Shown piece after piece: positions 12,639 through 25,864 of a DNA stretch of 64,000 nucleotides; position 1 is the stretch's first letter, and every line of letters starts with the position of its first letter. The stretch is from Perkinsus olseni (taxonomy: Eukaryota), in the NCBI GenBank assembly GCA_013115125.1, contig JABANN010000015.1:62001-126000 (forward strand), written 5' to 3'. The translations under genes were made by a program, and so were the position numbers. The notes under the pieces are model-generated. The model did no database searches and was not told the origin of the DNA. It saw only the letters and a program-made list of their open reading frames with translations.

Positions 12639-13314
12639 GTTGAATAAAACCCGGCAATACATTCGGGTGTCCGTTGAAGAGGCGTTATTCCCAAAGCACA
12701 AAAAAATTTTGTCTTGGTTGGTTGAGGATGTTGATAAACTTTTAACCGCTTGTGAATCGTATAATATGCCATCTCAGACGTGTATAACTCCGTTTCCACT
12801 CAATGAACGTAAGAAAAAAGAAACATGAACTTTTATAAAAAACCTCAACCAGCCAGACAGGCAAACAGCGACCGCAAGCACAGGCCCTTTCCTTACTCAA
12901 GCGCGCAGTTCCTTGGATTTCGGAAACCCATCTGGATGGAGACGAATCTTGAACCTTAATCGATCGGCATGACGCGCGCCAAGTGCGTTTGGTGAAATCC
13001 CCGAGGGAGGTCGAGGTTGGGATCCCCCCTTGCTGTGGATGGTAGGGATTTATCTACTCTGAGCTTTTAGATACCTGCGCACTGCCGGGCGAAAGGCAGC
13101 GGACCAGCTGGTTCTATGAGGCGCTGCTGTCCGTGTTGAGCGATGGACTGGATCGTGGTAGCCTCCAAGTGACACGGATGGGAGACTTAGTTCCCTTTCT
13201 CGATGGAAATGGCTTCGCGGCAAGACTGAGAAGGGATATAGTGTATGAGACGTGTGTGGGAATAGAACCTGCGTGGAGATCGGGTTGCAGATTATAAACA
13301 GTTTTGCTTAACCT

Positions 13315-14524
13315 ATGCGACTGTTCTTCGGGAGTTCTAAGAAGAAGGAGCAACAGGCTAACCAGCAGCCTCCAACTAAGGTACTCAGGGTATCTTAGGT
13401 TGACCCGTGCTATTCTCACACGGAAGTATCTTTGGCTTGGTTGAAAGGGCCGTGAAAGTCTCGCCTAACTGAATGGTTGTCAGAATCTCCCCGACGCCAT
13501 AATGAAGAACAAGGAGGCTATAGCGACCCTTGAGAAGAGGGAGCAGTTAATTGAAAAGAAGATGGCCCTACAGGAGCAGGACGCACGTAAGAGTCACTAG
13601 ATGGCAGTACGAGCTGCGTAATTTATGGTATGGTTGTCGCACTGGAGATCCCACTTTTTAGGAACTCGCGCGGCTGCAAAGGACAAGCGGGGTGCTCTGA
13701 TGGCGTTGAAACGGAAGAAGATGCTCGAGGCCGAGCTGACTACTCTGATGAACTCGCGTAGGTCTTGAAGTTCGCGCGAGCCGGGTGGTCTGCTGCCTCC
13801 GCAGGCATGACGCTGGAGCAGCAAATTCTGTCATTGGAGTCGAGCCAGACCACAGCGGTTGCGGTCTCGGCGCTCGCCACCGGTGTATCGGCACAGAAGA
13901 TTATGAACCAGCAGCTCAATATTGACAACGTACGTGGTGACGAGTAGCTGCGTATCTTTACGCTTGTGTTGTTCTTAGATAGACGTCCTTATGGATGACA
14001 TGCAGGAGATGCAGGATATGCAGAACGAAGTCTCTAACGTATGGTTCTCGTGTCGTCTCTCATGATGATTGCTCATCCCTGTAGGTCCTTTCTGGTGGCA
14101 ACACAGTGATGGACGACGAGGAGCTCCTCAATGAGCTGGATGAGATCGAAGCCCAAGAGCTCGAGGCCAAAATGGTCGATGTGGGCTGGCTCACTGGCAT
14201 CGCGGAGTTCAGGGAAGGTCGGTCTCAGGCGGCCCAAGTCCCCTCTGGTGGAGTCGTGGCTGAACCATCCGGTGCCGAGCCCTCAGTGGCTGCCCCAGCT
14301 CAACCGCAGCAGTCCGCGGCTGAATCTTCAAGGCCTCAGCGGAACGGTGAGAGCGCAAGGTGGTGACTTTTATTCCTTAGAACGTTCGGTAACTTGTGGT
14401 ATGCGAAAAGAGTCGAGGGATGAGGTTCGGCCTGCCGGAACGATCAGACTTACTCTCCCCATCAGATGGTCTGACGGATGAGGAAGCCGACCAGTTGGCA
14501 GCCTTGCAGGCTCAGCTTGGCTGA
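13315..14524 (+). CDS. VPS32: ESCRT-III subunit SNF7/VPS32 (CHMP4)
   Basis: MRLFFGSSKKK..., EAIATLEKREQLIEKK, KDKRGALMALKRKKMLE, TLEQQILSLES, DDEELLNELDEIE, ends EEADQLAALQAQLG*. Confidence 0.93.
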
Positions 14525-14786
14525 GCGCTAGGTGGTGGACCTTCTTGTATACTTGAAGATAATGCAGCCTAGGATAATTATTATTGGCTCCCCAAGGGTG
14601 CCCTGTTCAGGATAAGTACACTTTTGCATCTGCTAGCATGTTGGTCATCATCGTAATGAGATTGTCATATTATTAATCCACCCAATAAACCTCATAGGCT
14701 TTGAGTACTTCGTCTTGTGTTTTGGGGGCGAGACTAACGCTTGGGAGCAGCAGCTGGTCTGGGTCGTCAGGCTTACCTTCCTTCGC

Positions 14787-15369
14787 ATGTCGGTCGTTCC
14801 GGTGAATCCCCAGCCTTTCCTCAACGACCTTACTGGGCAGGAGGTAAAAGATTGGTGGTATCTTCAGCTTAAGCGGGGAAGATACGAGTAAGGTCGCACC
14901 ACTGGCTGCGCGATCAGGTGATGGTCCGTCTGAAGTGGGGAACACTCGAGCTTAAGGGTCGGCTTCAGAGTGTCGATACTTTCATGAATCTCAGACTTGA
15001 CCATTGTGAAGAGTGGCAGGTAGTACTTAGAGATTCTCGATAAGCTCGTCTCCTATCTTTGACCCTTTCAGGGAGGCAACTTCAAGGGGGCCCTCGGAGA
15101 CGTCCTTATACGGTAATAACGGTCTTGGTGGCCCAGGTTTGCTCGGTCGAACATATCATCTATCTGCTTCTGGCCTGTCTCCCGTGGCTCCTACGGTGAC
15201 AGCCCCTCTCGCCTAGTCGTGGAGGGGGGTTCGTCAGCTTCGCTCCGCCACATGCTCGTCATTTATTTCTGGGAGTCGCCAGCTCGATAACGATGTTCTC
15301 AGATGCAACAACGTCCTGTATGTCCGAGCAGCAAGCTCCAGTGGGGCAGGAGAGGAGCTGGAGGACTAG
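14787..15369 (+). CDS. SNRPF: Small nuclear ribonucleoprotein F (4 exons)
   Basis: MSVVPVNPQPFLNDLTGQE|VMVRLKWGTLELKGRLQSVDTFMNLRLDHCEEWQ|GGNFKGALGDVLIR|CNNVLYVR. Confidence 0.93.
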
Positions 15370-15570
15370 GTTTATCATCATCAACCAGCCATCTCGATGA
15401 CGTCTGCTCGGAAGTATTGGCGGTGGACCGATAATTGGAAATAGCTGCCCACTGTCCTAGCTGCCTCTGAGATATTTCCGCCGTGGATCTCCGTTGGGTT
15501 GGTCAATCATGAGTGGGAACCTGGCAAAGGCTTTCTTTTCTGAGGACAGTTCAGTCCGGGATCGGTCATC

Positions 15571-16605
15571 ATGGCGCAGTCTGCTCATCTAGAAGTAAAG
15601 CTGGACACGCTGCGAGGGAAAGCGTGAGTGGTAGTAGTGCCGAGGCGCAGTCCGGAGGGGGCTGCTGATAGATACGCCTCGCGTAACGCGAACGATTACT
15701 GCATCCACGCGAACGATGGCAGCAGCCTTCAGATGCACGGCGACAGGCCTCTGATGGACTGGCAGCTCACGCTACGGCAAACTAGGTAATCTCAGGAGAT
15801 GCTTGGAATTTTCTGGGATTGTTAATGATGTGAAGAGTTTTACGCCGCTCTTAGACGTCCCTTGGGCCCCTTCGTATCACCGAAGCGGCCACCCGTTCTC
15901 CTGGGCTCGAGGAAAAGGTCGAGATCCGGTAAGGGCGGTTGGGGAGGTTGATGGTCTGGTCGTGTACGGTGGTGGGATCGAACCTGCGACCTCGGGGTAT
16001 GTACTTCAGTCCCAGAGAAGGACCTTCATGTCGATGGAGTGTATGGGGATTGTAAATACGGCAACATAGCTGATAGCGGCCCGATGGTCCGGAGTTTTGC
16101 AGCCAACAGAATCGTGGAGAAAGACTCGGTAAGAATTCTGGACCGGACTTTATCGGTGCCGTCGGTGTCGATTGACTAGTTTTGTCGATATCGCCGTGTA
16201 TATAAATATGAAGCTGCTGTTGGGCAAGGTGGTTTGCTACGTTCGGGAGGCGAGATTCGTTCTCTAGTGATGCCTGTCCGATGCTGTGGTGAGTTCAGGA
16301 AGACGTTTTGTATGTCTCTCAGGTGCACTGGCAGGTCAACTTACGCTCAGATGCGGCAGGGGCGCAGGGGGTATCATCACGTTCAATCGCATCTTCCAGT
16401 TCGGGTTTCTCAGGGTCCCAGGTGGCGGCGCTACCATCAGAGGTCGGCTGTCAGCTTTGACCGGATAAAGGAGAATGCCGCCCGAGAGGACCCGAGGAAC
16501 AAACTGCAGGAAACTACGCCGATCGACCGGGCTCCCGACCGGCGGATGGGGGCCTTGCCGATCCGCTACATCAGGGAAGATCTTCCTTACGATTCTGTGA
16601 GGTAG
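15571..16605 (+). CDS. Hypothetical spliced protein (or 5' exons of the downstream channel)
   Basis: MAQSAHLEVKLDTLRGK followed by several short GT-AG bounded exons. No motif recognised. Confidence 0.35.
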
Positions 16606-17046
16606 TATCATGGGAAGGTCGTTGATGGGCGCTCTGGGATTGATGGCCGGCTAGGTATCCTGGCTGTGAAGGGACGGGACTGCAGAATTGGCGGCACCTA
16701 ATTCATCGGGGCAAGACTAGGACGATGCTGCGTCATGAGACGACGTTGAGGGGTTACCCCGATAGCCGGTCAGATGAGTGCATCTCGGACTTCTTGGGGA
16801 AGAAGAGATGGCACTTCGCCCGGACTAGAGATCATGTTACCGAGATAGATTCTAAGTTGAAGTGAGTGAACTGGGTGCTGCCGCTTAGCTTAACGTGGAG
16901 TGAGTATAGGTTGGATGCGGTGGTGGTGTGGTATTAGGTACTTGTCAACCCATTCTATCCAGAGCGAGCCTCGGGATACCCCTTTGTCTAGAAGCAACCG
17001 CTTAGGCGGCCCTATTTTAATCAATGGCGATGAGCCTGTGTGACCT

Positions 17047-20000
17047 ATGCGCAGACGCTGTTGTTGTGTTGGTGAATGGGGGAGGGCTTTGGCTAGTCTC
17101 GGGCGACCGGTTCCGTTACAGTTGGGGCAGCTCAAAGTGGAGGGCAATGAGTCAGAGATAGGAGACTGTGCCGGGCAGGCACAGGATACCACGGGAGTAC
17201 AGAAGAGGGAAGTGTTCCTGTCTGTGGACACCGGAGGTGATGGGATGCTCCGCCTGTGTCGGAGTGGTTCCTGCGGACTTGAGGACATGGAAACGCTGTT
17301 GTGAATCTTTCGTGTTCTCGTAGAAGGCGAGGCCCATGATAATAGACACTCGAGGCACAGGACAATCTTCCTCGGGAGACCGGCAAGTGGGTTCCATTTC
17401 ATTGATGCTTTGATGGCGACCAACGATTCCGAGTCTACTTGCCAGGTCGAAGGGAGGCTCTGTACATGCACTTAGAGGAGCCCAGTCTAACGAATACCAG
17501 CTATTATGTCCATATAACCTACAGCACCCTCATACTCATCAGTGTTGTCACTGCGGTAATCTTCACGCGCCGCGAAATTGTGGGAGCAGCGCCTCCCTCA
17601 GGTTATGATAACCCTGCCGGTTCCGGAGCAGCTCAGCCCTGAGGCCTACGATGCGCTCAATATAGCCGAGAACGTCTTCAACGGGACTTTCATAATGGAA
17701 CTAGCGGTAGGTGGGGCAGGCCGGGCTAGGGAGAGCCATCATCCCTGTCGCCCTTTCAGCTACGCCTCTCTACCGCTCCGTCGTTGCTGCCTGCCTTGAC
17801 CGAGCCGTAAGTCTGTGGGGTGTCTGCGCTGTCTGCGTAATGGGTTGGGCAGGTATAACTGGCTAGACCTCCTCATAGTGGCACCGTATGTGGCGCTGTG
17901 GTGTGGTGTGGACCGGGATGACTACAAAGGCCTTCGATTGGCCCTCTTCATGGTGAGCTGGCCAGCTCAGTGGCTGCCCGGGTGGACTGGTTAATGGAGG
18001 TACCTGCGATGAGGATGGCCAAGATTACCCGGAACAGTAGTGGATGGCGTCTGCTGGTGACTAGTCTCTCTCTCAGTATGGATGCCCTAAGAGTAAGCTT
18101 GCTCTTCCACGCTCCGCCGCTCTGCCTCGAAAATGATGCTATCGTTAGGTGCCCATGCTGATGCTCTTCTTCCTCGTTGTGTGGTTTGCCTCTATTCTGT
18201 ACTGGCTGGAGACGGATCTTAACAGCGCCGATTTTAAGACCTTCGGGTCCCTTCCACATGCGATGTGGTTCTCTATCGTCACCATCAGTAGCGCCTCACT
18301 AGTGCCGCCTTCGCCCTGCCAGCCTATCGTCACTCAGGTACCGTCGGATACGGCGACGTTGAACTAGCAACAACAGCTGGTGAACCATTGCCTGGTATCC
18401 TAGGTTGGCCCATGGCTTTTACGATGTTAGGTCAAGTAGTGGCGTCGATGTTGATAATAATAGGGGTGTCCTATATGGCGATGCCCCTGAGCATTATTGG
18501 CTCGACCTTCTGGGATGTGTGGACCGATAGGTAGGCTGTCACCATGGGAGTCCCGCTGGCCTAGCACCTCACGAATTAGGGAAGTTAGAGTAGGAGCGGT
18601 ATTGCCCAACTGATAGGGCTGCATAGAAATTGAGGTTCCCAACAGCTAGCTCGGATGGGGCTGTCTCTCTCCCATTAAAACATCAGAGAGCTCGGCAGAG
18701 GGAAGTGGCTCGGCCGTGTTCGGCATGTGTGCCTTCCTCAGAGACCGGATACTCATCGTCGACAAGATCCACCAGCGCCTTTCGCGGCGGCAGATAACAC
18801 GGGAGCAAGTTTATAATGTAAGGAGTCTCCCGTAATATACCCGCCGTTCACTCTCGGCACCAGCGCTTCCTCAGTGCTACTGAGTGTCGCACGTGGGGAG
18901 TCATGACTTCGTCGCTCTGAACTCGTGGCTTGGATCTGTTCAGGTTTTCACCCAAATTGATGTGGATAATTCTGGTGGCATTGATATGGGGGAGCTCGAG
19001 CACATGCTGAATGAAGAGTTCCGATTGGCGATGCCCAAGCGGAATGTCAAGAACCTCTTCAGGTGACGGCTGGCTGCTGCCGCCAGTGCGGCGACCTGTA
19101 GCGCTGCTTCAGGCACATGGATCATAACGGCTCGGGTAAGGTCTGCTTCGAGGAGTTTTGTCAATGCCTCTTCCCTGATTTGGCGGCGACCCTTGTGCTG
19201 CAGTGAGTTCCGGGGCGCAGTAATGGAGAGCTCAGGACGATGGTCGTCGGTTGTGTTAGGCGCTCCACGACCTCGCCAACGGCCAGGACGCCCCGAGGTG
19301 AGTCTTAGCCGCTCGGATTGACTTCGAACGAGGCCCTCTTCGGTTAGGTTCTGCAGCTGCGGGAGTTGAGGATGGCAGGATGTGAGGAAGTCGATTTTCT
19401 GACTAGTTTAATGCATCGCTCCGCCGTGGGTTTGCAGGCTCACGCCATTAGGGGGCGGGAAAAGGAGGACTCTGCCATTGCGTATGGGACAGATGGTCTT
19501 GGACACCCTCTGGGGTCAGTACGAAGGCGGGGACGGTGCTGAGGACGACGATGGTGGGCAGGCATGTGGTAGTCCATTTCATGATGCCTCGTATGATACC
19601 AGATGGCAGCCTTAGAGGAGGCGGGCCTGGTCAGCATGTTAGGAATATGCGTATCAGCCGAAGAGGGGACCGCTGGCAAGGCCAGGTGACTTCAGTATGT
19701 TGAGCACCGGAGCAACAGGGGCGTTGTTTTAGACGGGCAGGGGTTCGGCGAGCGGAGGAAACCCGTCCGATGTGGACGAGAAGCTGCGTGAGATTCTTGA
19801 CATCTTGCGAGGTCGTGGGGTCGACGCCAGAGTAAGGAACTCGGGAGCTGCTCACAGCAACGGCTCTTCCTTAGGATTTGTCGCGCGCCACGAAATACAG
19901 CTCGGAGTGCAGCAGCACCCAGACGGACACCTGGGGCTCCCGAGAAGTCGGCACACAAACGAAGACGACCGCGGAGAGGGAACGCTCGGCCGAGCGTGCG

Positions 20001-20405
20001 GTCGTGAAGGTCAGTGCGCCACCAGGGCCGGCGTCGAGAGAACCCGCCGGCCCGTGTCAGACTTCCTCCAGTAGCAGCAGAGCGGGCAGTAGGATTGCTC
20101 AGCCGCGGAAGTCCTTCGCCCGAGGGTTCAGGGAGGGTCGGTTGGCTGCTGATCCGGAGGAGCAGGTCGTAGCGAAGAGGGTAGTAGATGCAGTGCCCGT
20201 ATGGCTAACTGTCGGGCGTCGTTCAAGGTCTCGTCCGTGGCCGGCCAGAGCAACCGTAGATACAGTCGAGACGAACGTCCTTCGAGAGAGCGCGCAGCGG
20301 CGCATGGAGGCGGGCGAGGTACTCCGCTGGGGCTCTAGGCTGGCACTAGGATCGATGCTGTTTGCTCAGGCCATGAGGAGGCACAGTGGAGTGCTGCAAC
20401 GCTAG
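17047..20405 (+). CDS. 6TM Kv-like potassium channel with two C-terminal EF-hands, copy 1 (core ~17445-19205; ends approximate)
   Basis: LEEPS, YNWLDLL, S4-like VPAMRMAKITR, pore SLPHAMWFSIVTIS|TVGYGDV (~18250-18360), S6 MAMPLSIIGSTF. EF loops DVDNSGGIDMGE and DHNGSGKVCFEE. Confidence 0.9.
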
Positions 20406-20761
20406 CGGATGGAGTGGTAGGCCGTTTATTGACGTCTCGCCGGGACACAAGGAGAAAGTGTAGCCGAGGAAAAAGCCAGCTCGCTTCAATAGGCTTACAG
20501 GAGCCTGACGAGGCTGTACGACCCGGCTAAGGAGGTCGCGGGTTCGATTCCACCCTCAGGCACTTTCCGGTGGAGAATTTGTTTAATCGTTGCATGATAG
20601 CGGCTTTTGCCGCGGGTACTTTTGAAAACTTGGCGTTCCTGCAACTGTGCGGCACTCGAGTTTCATCATACGGGTGGAGACGAGACATGTGCGAGCTTTC
20701 GAGAGGCTCGATGCGGCGTCTCGGAGTCGTCTCATAATGCTCGTCTCAGTCTTACCAAGGC

Positions 20762-22778
20762 ATGGCTGTTGTCTGCCCACTAACTTGTGAATATTGACTC
20801 GCGCCGAAGAGCATCGAGTACCTCGTCGCACTCGCGGAATACGAGAGCTGGTATTTTGCGGGTCTCGTGCCGGAGGAAAGGCTCTGTACGGCTTCCAGTG
20901 GATGCTGCAGGTGGGTCGTGGTGGCGGCGTGCCTGAGTGAGAGAAAGCCGGAAGCGCCTCAGATGCCTGTCCTATTGAGGAGGACTCGGTGGAAGGGCGG
21001 GAAGCAGCGAGGAGGGTGTCGAGGCGGCTGGAGAGGCTCGAGGGTCTCAGCGACCCGATCAAGTCAAGTGAGGGGACTCCCGAATTTGTTGATTCGGAGG
21101 AGGTGGTCAGGTGCCCGCCACTTGGTGTATGCCCACCTAGAGGAGCCCTCCCTGCACTGGATCACGCTCAACGTGTATCGTATCTACAACAGCCTCATCA
21201 TCGTCAGTGTGGTCACATCAGTAAGGGTTCCGACGGCCGTCGGCGTGGAGGCTGACGTAGGTGCTGGTCACGCTGCCGGTCCCTGAAACGCTGAGCTACA
21301 GCACACGAGACGGCCTTGAAGTCGCCGAGACAGCCTTCAACGTACTCTTCCTATTGGAGATACTGGTAGGTGTCAGTAGGCCACGATTGCTTTCTTCCAA
21401 ATTCTTGTCGGTCAGCTCCGCTTAGTGACGTCCCCTCATCTTGGTCGAGCTCTCTGTGAACCGTAAGTCACCGTAGTAACGGTGGCCAGCATCAGATATA
21501 CCTGGGCCAGGTACAATTGGCTGGACCTGATGGTCGTCCTGCCTTACGTCCCTCTATGGGTGGGCGTGGATCGATCGGACAATGAGATAGTCAAACTCAT
21601 ACTCTACCTGGTGGGTGCCACCTCAGATGCGTCGTTCGAGCCGGGCCGCAGTCTCGAGCTTGAGCCCTCCCGATAATGGCCTCTCAGGTACCGGCCATGC
21701 GCATGCTGAAGCTCACTCGCAATAGTACTGGATGGCGGCTCCTGGTCATAAGCCTCTCCCTCAGCATGGACGCGCTCAGGGTGAGGTTCGTCTCACCGTC
21801 ACGGTTTATCGCCTCCTCTCAGGTGCCGATGCTGATGCTGATTTTCCTTGTAACGTGGTTTGCATCCATAATATACTGGCTGGAGGACGTCACATTGCCT
21901 GACACCGCCCCCGCCGCGGCCTTTGCCTCCTTACCCCACGCTATGTGGTTCTCCATCGTCACCATCAGTAGGGCGCTGCTACTCGAGTAATCCGGTCTGA
22001 GTTCTGGCGGTAGGTACTGTTGGTTACGGCGATGTAGCTCCAGCCACCGATGGAGGTACGTTGTCTCAGCGTCACTCGCCACGAAATTGCGCGTTGTGAC
22101 AGGCCGGGCGATCTCAGCCATGCTGATAATTGTTGGTGCCTCTTACATGGCCCTTCCCTTGAACATCATCGGCTCCACGTTTTGGGATGTGTGGACTGAT
22201 CGGTGGGGATGGTCGAGGGATGGGAGGCCCATAGTGACGGTTTGTGTGCGTCAGGGACAAGCTGCTGATCATCGACAAGATCCAGCAGAGGCTGTCGAGG
22301 AGGCGGATCACGCGGGAGAGGCTCTATGAGGTCGGGCTCGAACGCTCGACTGGGCTGCATCGGAATTTTGTCAGGTCTTTGAAACTATGGACGAGGACGG
22401 CTCGGGAGTGATCGACCTCACTGAGTTTGAGCACATGTTGAATCGCCACTTCAGACTGGGAATGCCCACCCACAGCATCCTGCGACTTTTCCGGTGAGAA
22501 GTTGGTATCTCCTCAGCTTCTATTAGCCGAGTCTTGTCAGTACTATTGACGCTGACGGCGAAGGGAGGATATCATTCGACGAGTTTTGCGCCTGCCTTTT
22601 CCCCGAGCTCGTCAACCCAGAGCTGTGAGTTAAGGGATGTGCGGTAGAGAGCAACGTATATTTATTTCTGATGGGGGGTTTACGAACTTGACGCACTCAC
22701 TCTGGTGTGACGAGGAGTACTCTTTCCAGTGTCAGCCCAAACGCAGCACTTGTTGAGGTATCGAGGCTCACCTATTAA
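20762..22778 (+). CDS. 6TM Kv-like potassium channel with two EF-hands, copy 2 (ends approximate)
   Basis: Paralogous exons and intron positions. VPAMRMLKLTR, SLPHAMWFSIVTIS|TVGYGDV (~21930-22035). EF loops DEDGSGVIDLTE and DADGEGRISFDE. Confidence 0.92.
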
Positions 22779-23221
22779 ACTAGCTCCATGTCTTGAGTTT
22801 ATGAGCGCCTGGTACGAGTCTTCGTTGGGAATGAGCTGATATCATCTTTTGCAGTTCCCATTGCCAGGTCCTTTCCCACCAGAGCCTCGATACCGCGCAA
22901 CTCTCGAGGTAGAGTTTCCCGGCACCTGTGGTCAGAAATTCCCACTGTCTCAGCGTCCCTCGGCAGCGGCGAGCGTGCATCGATCATGCGAGTAGTATCC
23001 GATGGCATCGACCCCTTGGAGGCGGAAATAGAGGCTTCGAAAGCAGGTAGCTCGGGCAGTCCCTCCCCCTCCTCTCTATCCTCCAACCACTTCTGCATGA
23101 GCTTCTCTTACAGGAGAACGCAATGACACGTGGGCCTGTTCACCGTAGTATTGACTGAGACTATTGGTGTCGTCATCAAACTTTCTGTAACAAAAAAACG
23201 GGATGCAAAAATGAGGCTGCT

Positions 23222-23726
23222 ATGCCACGTGGTGGCAGCAGCGATGCTCAGTCTGCGTCGAAGAAAATGCAACATTGGAAAAGTTTTAAATTTTTACATG
23301 CTAACCCTCGCTCAGGTGGCGGAAGATGCCTCTCTGCTGATGGCCACTACCTCAAGGGGCTAGAAGACGCCAAAGCGGCCGAAGCAGCTCATCACAGGGC
23401 TGTGTTGGATCGGGTAGGGCTAGGGCTAGTGCTTCTACTCGTAGGGTCTCCGTGCCAGCTCTGCAGTCTGGAGCGTGAATTGGAATCTAACCGAAGAGAT
23501 ATGCAGAGGATGGCTGCTGTTGTGGATGAGATAGCGAATAAGCTTACGGTGAGGGACAGCATGTTTTGACGCTAGGGAGCATCGCTGGTCGTAGGCACTG
23601 ACGACTGGTAACGATGGGCAGGGCCACGGGACAAATGCTCGGGGACGCATGGTGAGTCATTTCCGGGGTCAGAGAGGACTGACGTTGATTTTTATTTACG
23701 AAGGCATGATCCCTCCGGACTTGAGC
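23222..23726 (+). CDS. Hypothetical coiled-coil protein
   Basis: ORF 23222-23569 with GT-AG junctions and heptad-like LERELESNRRDMQRMAAVVDEIANKL. Confidence 0.4.
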
Positions 23727-24229
23727 TAGCAGAGAGCGATACCGGAGGGAGCATTAGTCACAAACGAGCCCCGTAAAACTAAGTGGACATTACGGCGCAT
23801 AGCTGGTCAGGGTGGATGATCCTGCTGTGGCGTCGGATAGTGTTCGATGCACCGGCGTGACCCTGTCGCCATTCGCCACGCCATTCCATGGCATCGCTAC
23901 AACCCTGGGTGGGCAGACTGATGGAATGGTGCTGTCATCAGGCTGAGGATGTTTCCGCTCACCGCGGAACGAGTCATACCGATGGTCTCATTGATAGTGA
24001 CAGCATCGTACTCAGGCAGCGCGTAAGTTACCTCCAGGACTGGAGTCCGCCATTCCCTCTCAGGTGTGAGTCGGCTTTGTGCTGTTGTAGAGTGAATGCC
24101 CTCTATGAGCATGCTGTGTTGTGGCATTATTACCCTTGATGTTCAATACACTAGCCTTGTGTTGTGACACAGTGTCACTGACACTTCTCCTCCCTCCGCT
24201 CCTGTCGTCAGCTCGTAGCAGTCCTCATC

Positions 24230-25700
24230 ATGTTCCCCCAACCTAGCCCGGTGCTGCCTGCTGCCGCGACTTGGGCGAATCTACCGCAGTACAACGGACC
24301 TCCACAACAGCACGGACGCCGCGCTGCCGAGGACTTCGCCGCGCCGTCCTCCGTGGCTGCGGAGCCTGGAACCGTGAGTGCTGCACCCACCCAGGGAGCT
24401 GCGATGATCATGATCGTTCAGCCGAATACTCGCCGAGAATCCCGTTTTATGGACCAAGGCCCGACGAAAGTTCCAAAGCCTGCGGCGCGCGGAGTGAGTT
24501 TCCGCTGTAGTGGTGCAGAATTGATACCGGTCGTTCCTTCGGCAGATGTCCATCTACGTCCCGAGAAGCTACGCCACTCCGCTGGGCCAGCGGGGCTCGC
24601 TGACCCAATTCACGGTCGCCCCACTATTCACAATGCAGCAATTCCCCTCCCAGTCAGAGGGCACTGAAGCTTTCCAAGAGATACAGGTGACAGCTCCCAT
24701 TGCACGGGGGAGAGGCTCCATCCGGTATGATTCAGAGCGTCCCGGCAACCCCTCTTCAACGAGCTTCCTTTTGCCGGCCTTGCTCCGGTTCGTCGGCCAC
24801 CTTGGTAAGGCTCAGTCCTGCTATATCGGGCGCCGTGTCCGGCTAAGGGGTCGCTGGATCAGATGCCGTTCAGCACGCCAAGGCTCGAGGCTTCTCCGGT
24901 GGGCTCGGAGCCTGCAGTTGACGCAGGTCCTGCTGCTTCAAGTGGTTCTCGTCGCCTGATCTGGGATGATCGCGGCGCCACTTTAGGTACGTACAACTAC
25001 ACTCAGAGGCTGCAGAAGGCCGAGGAAGCCCCGAGGCTGTCGATCAGCTCCCTCCCGCTGCAAGGTGGGATATACGGGCTCTCGTTGTCGTCATTGATGC
25101 TGTATTTTCCAGGTATGAACTCCCTTACGGACATCATCCGCTCGGCCCGAGGTGGTGGTGGTGGTGGTGGCCCTAGCCTGGCGAGGCCTCCGCCTTCGGC
25201 CTCATCGAAAGGCGCTGCTGCAGTGATGCCATCAGCTGGAGGAGGAGGAGGGGCCATGCCACCTCCAGTGGTCGTCCATCGAGTGAGAGTCCGTCCGACT
25301 GACGCCCATGGGTGCGAACTCATCTTCCCGTACATCTTCATCCTGCTTTAGGTGAGACGGCTCAGTGCTGAGCAGTTGGGAGCAGCGGGAGGCGATCCGA
25401 GAGTAACATGAGGATGGTTGTCTCTATCTGACGCATCTCTGTATTGCAGGCAGCCGTGGCTGCCATGAAGGCCAAGGAAGCTGCTGTGAGGTTGGCGGTT
25501 GAGCCGAGGGAAGGACAGGTCCGAGCTGGGGAGGGCGCCCAGGGAAGTCAAGGAACTCGTGTCAGGCGGAATCGGTCGGAATCGGCAGCGACGTGTCGGA
25601 GGCTGGGGACACCAGTGCCCCTATGATAATGGAATCGCCACAGCTGTCTGACTCGACGCCCACAAGCCACACTCACGACGACACAAGAGAGGTGTCAAAG
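24230..25700 (+). CDS. Hypothetical low-complexity (Pro/Ala/Gly-rich) spliced protein
   Basis: Consecutive plus-strand open segments with splice signals and poly-Gly codon runs. Confidence 0.45.
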
Positions 25701-25864
25701 CTCATGGTAAGCTCGGGCTCTTCGTATCGCGAGTCCACGTCGACCCGGTGGATCTTGAGGTAGCAAAGACGAAAGTGATGTGATCGGAAGTATTCTCTCC
25801 CTTTTCCGGATTACCTGCATAATCTGAGATGGAGGGGCGCCAATGATTGACGGATTTTTTCCTC

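Noticed and set aside
22799-23098. Minus-strand 99-aa ORF as an independent gene
   Set aside because: No motif, and it overlaps possible terminal exons of the plus-strand channel gene. Cannot be supported.
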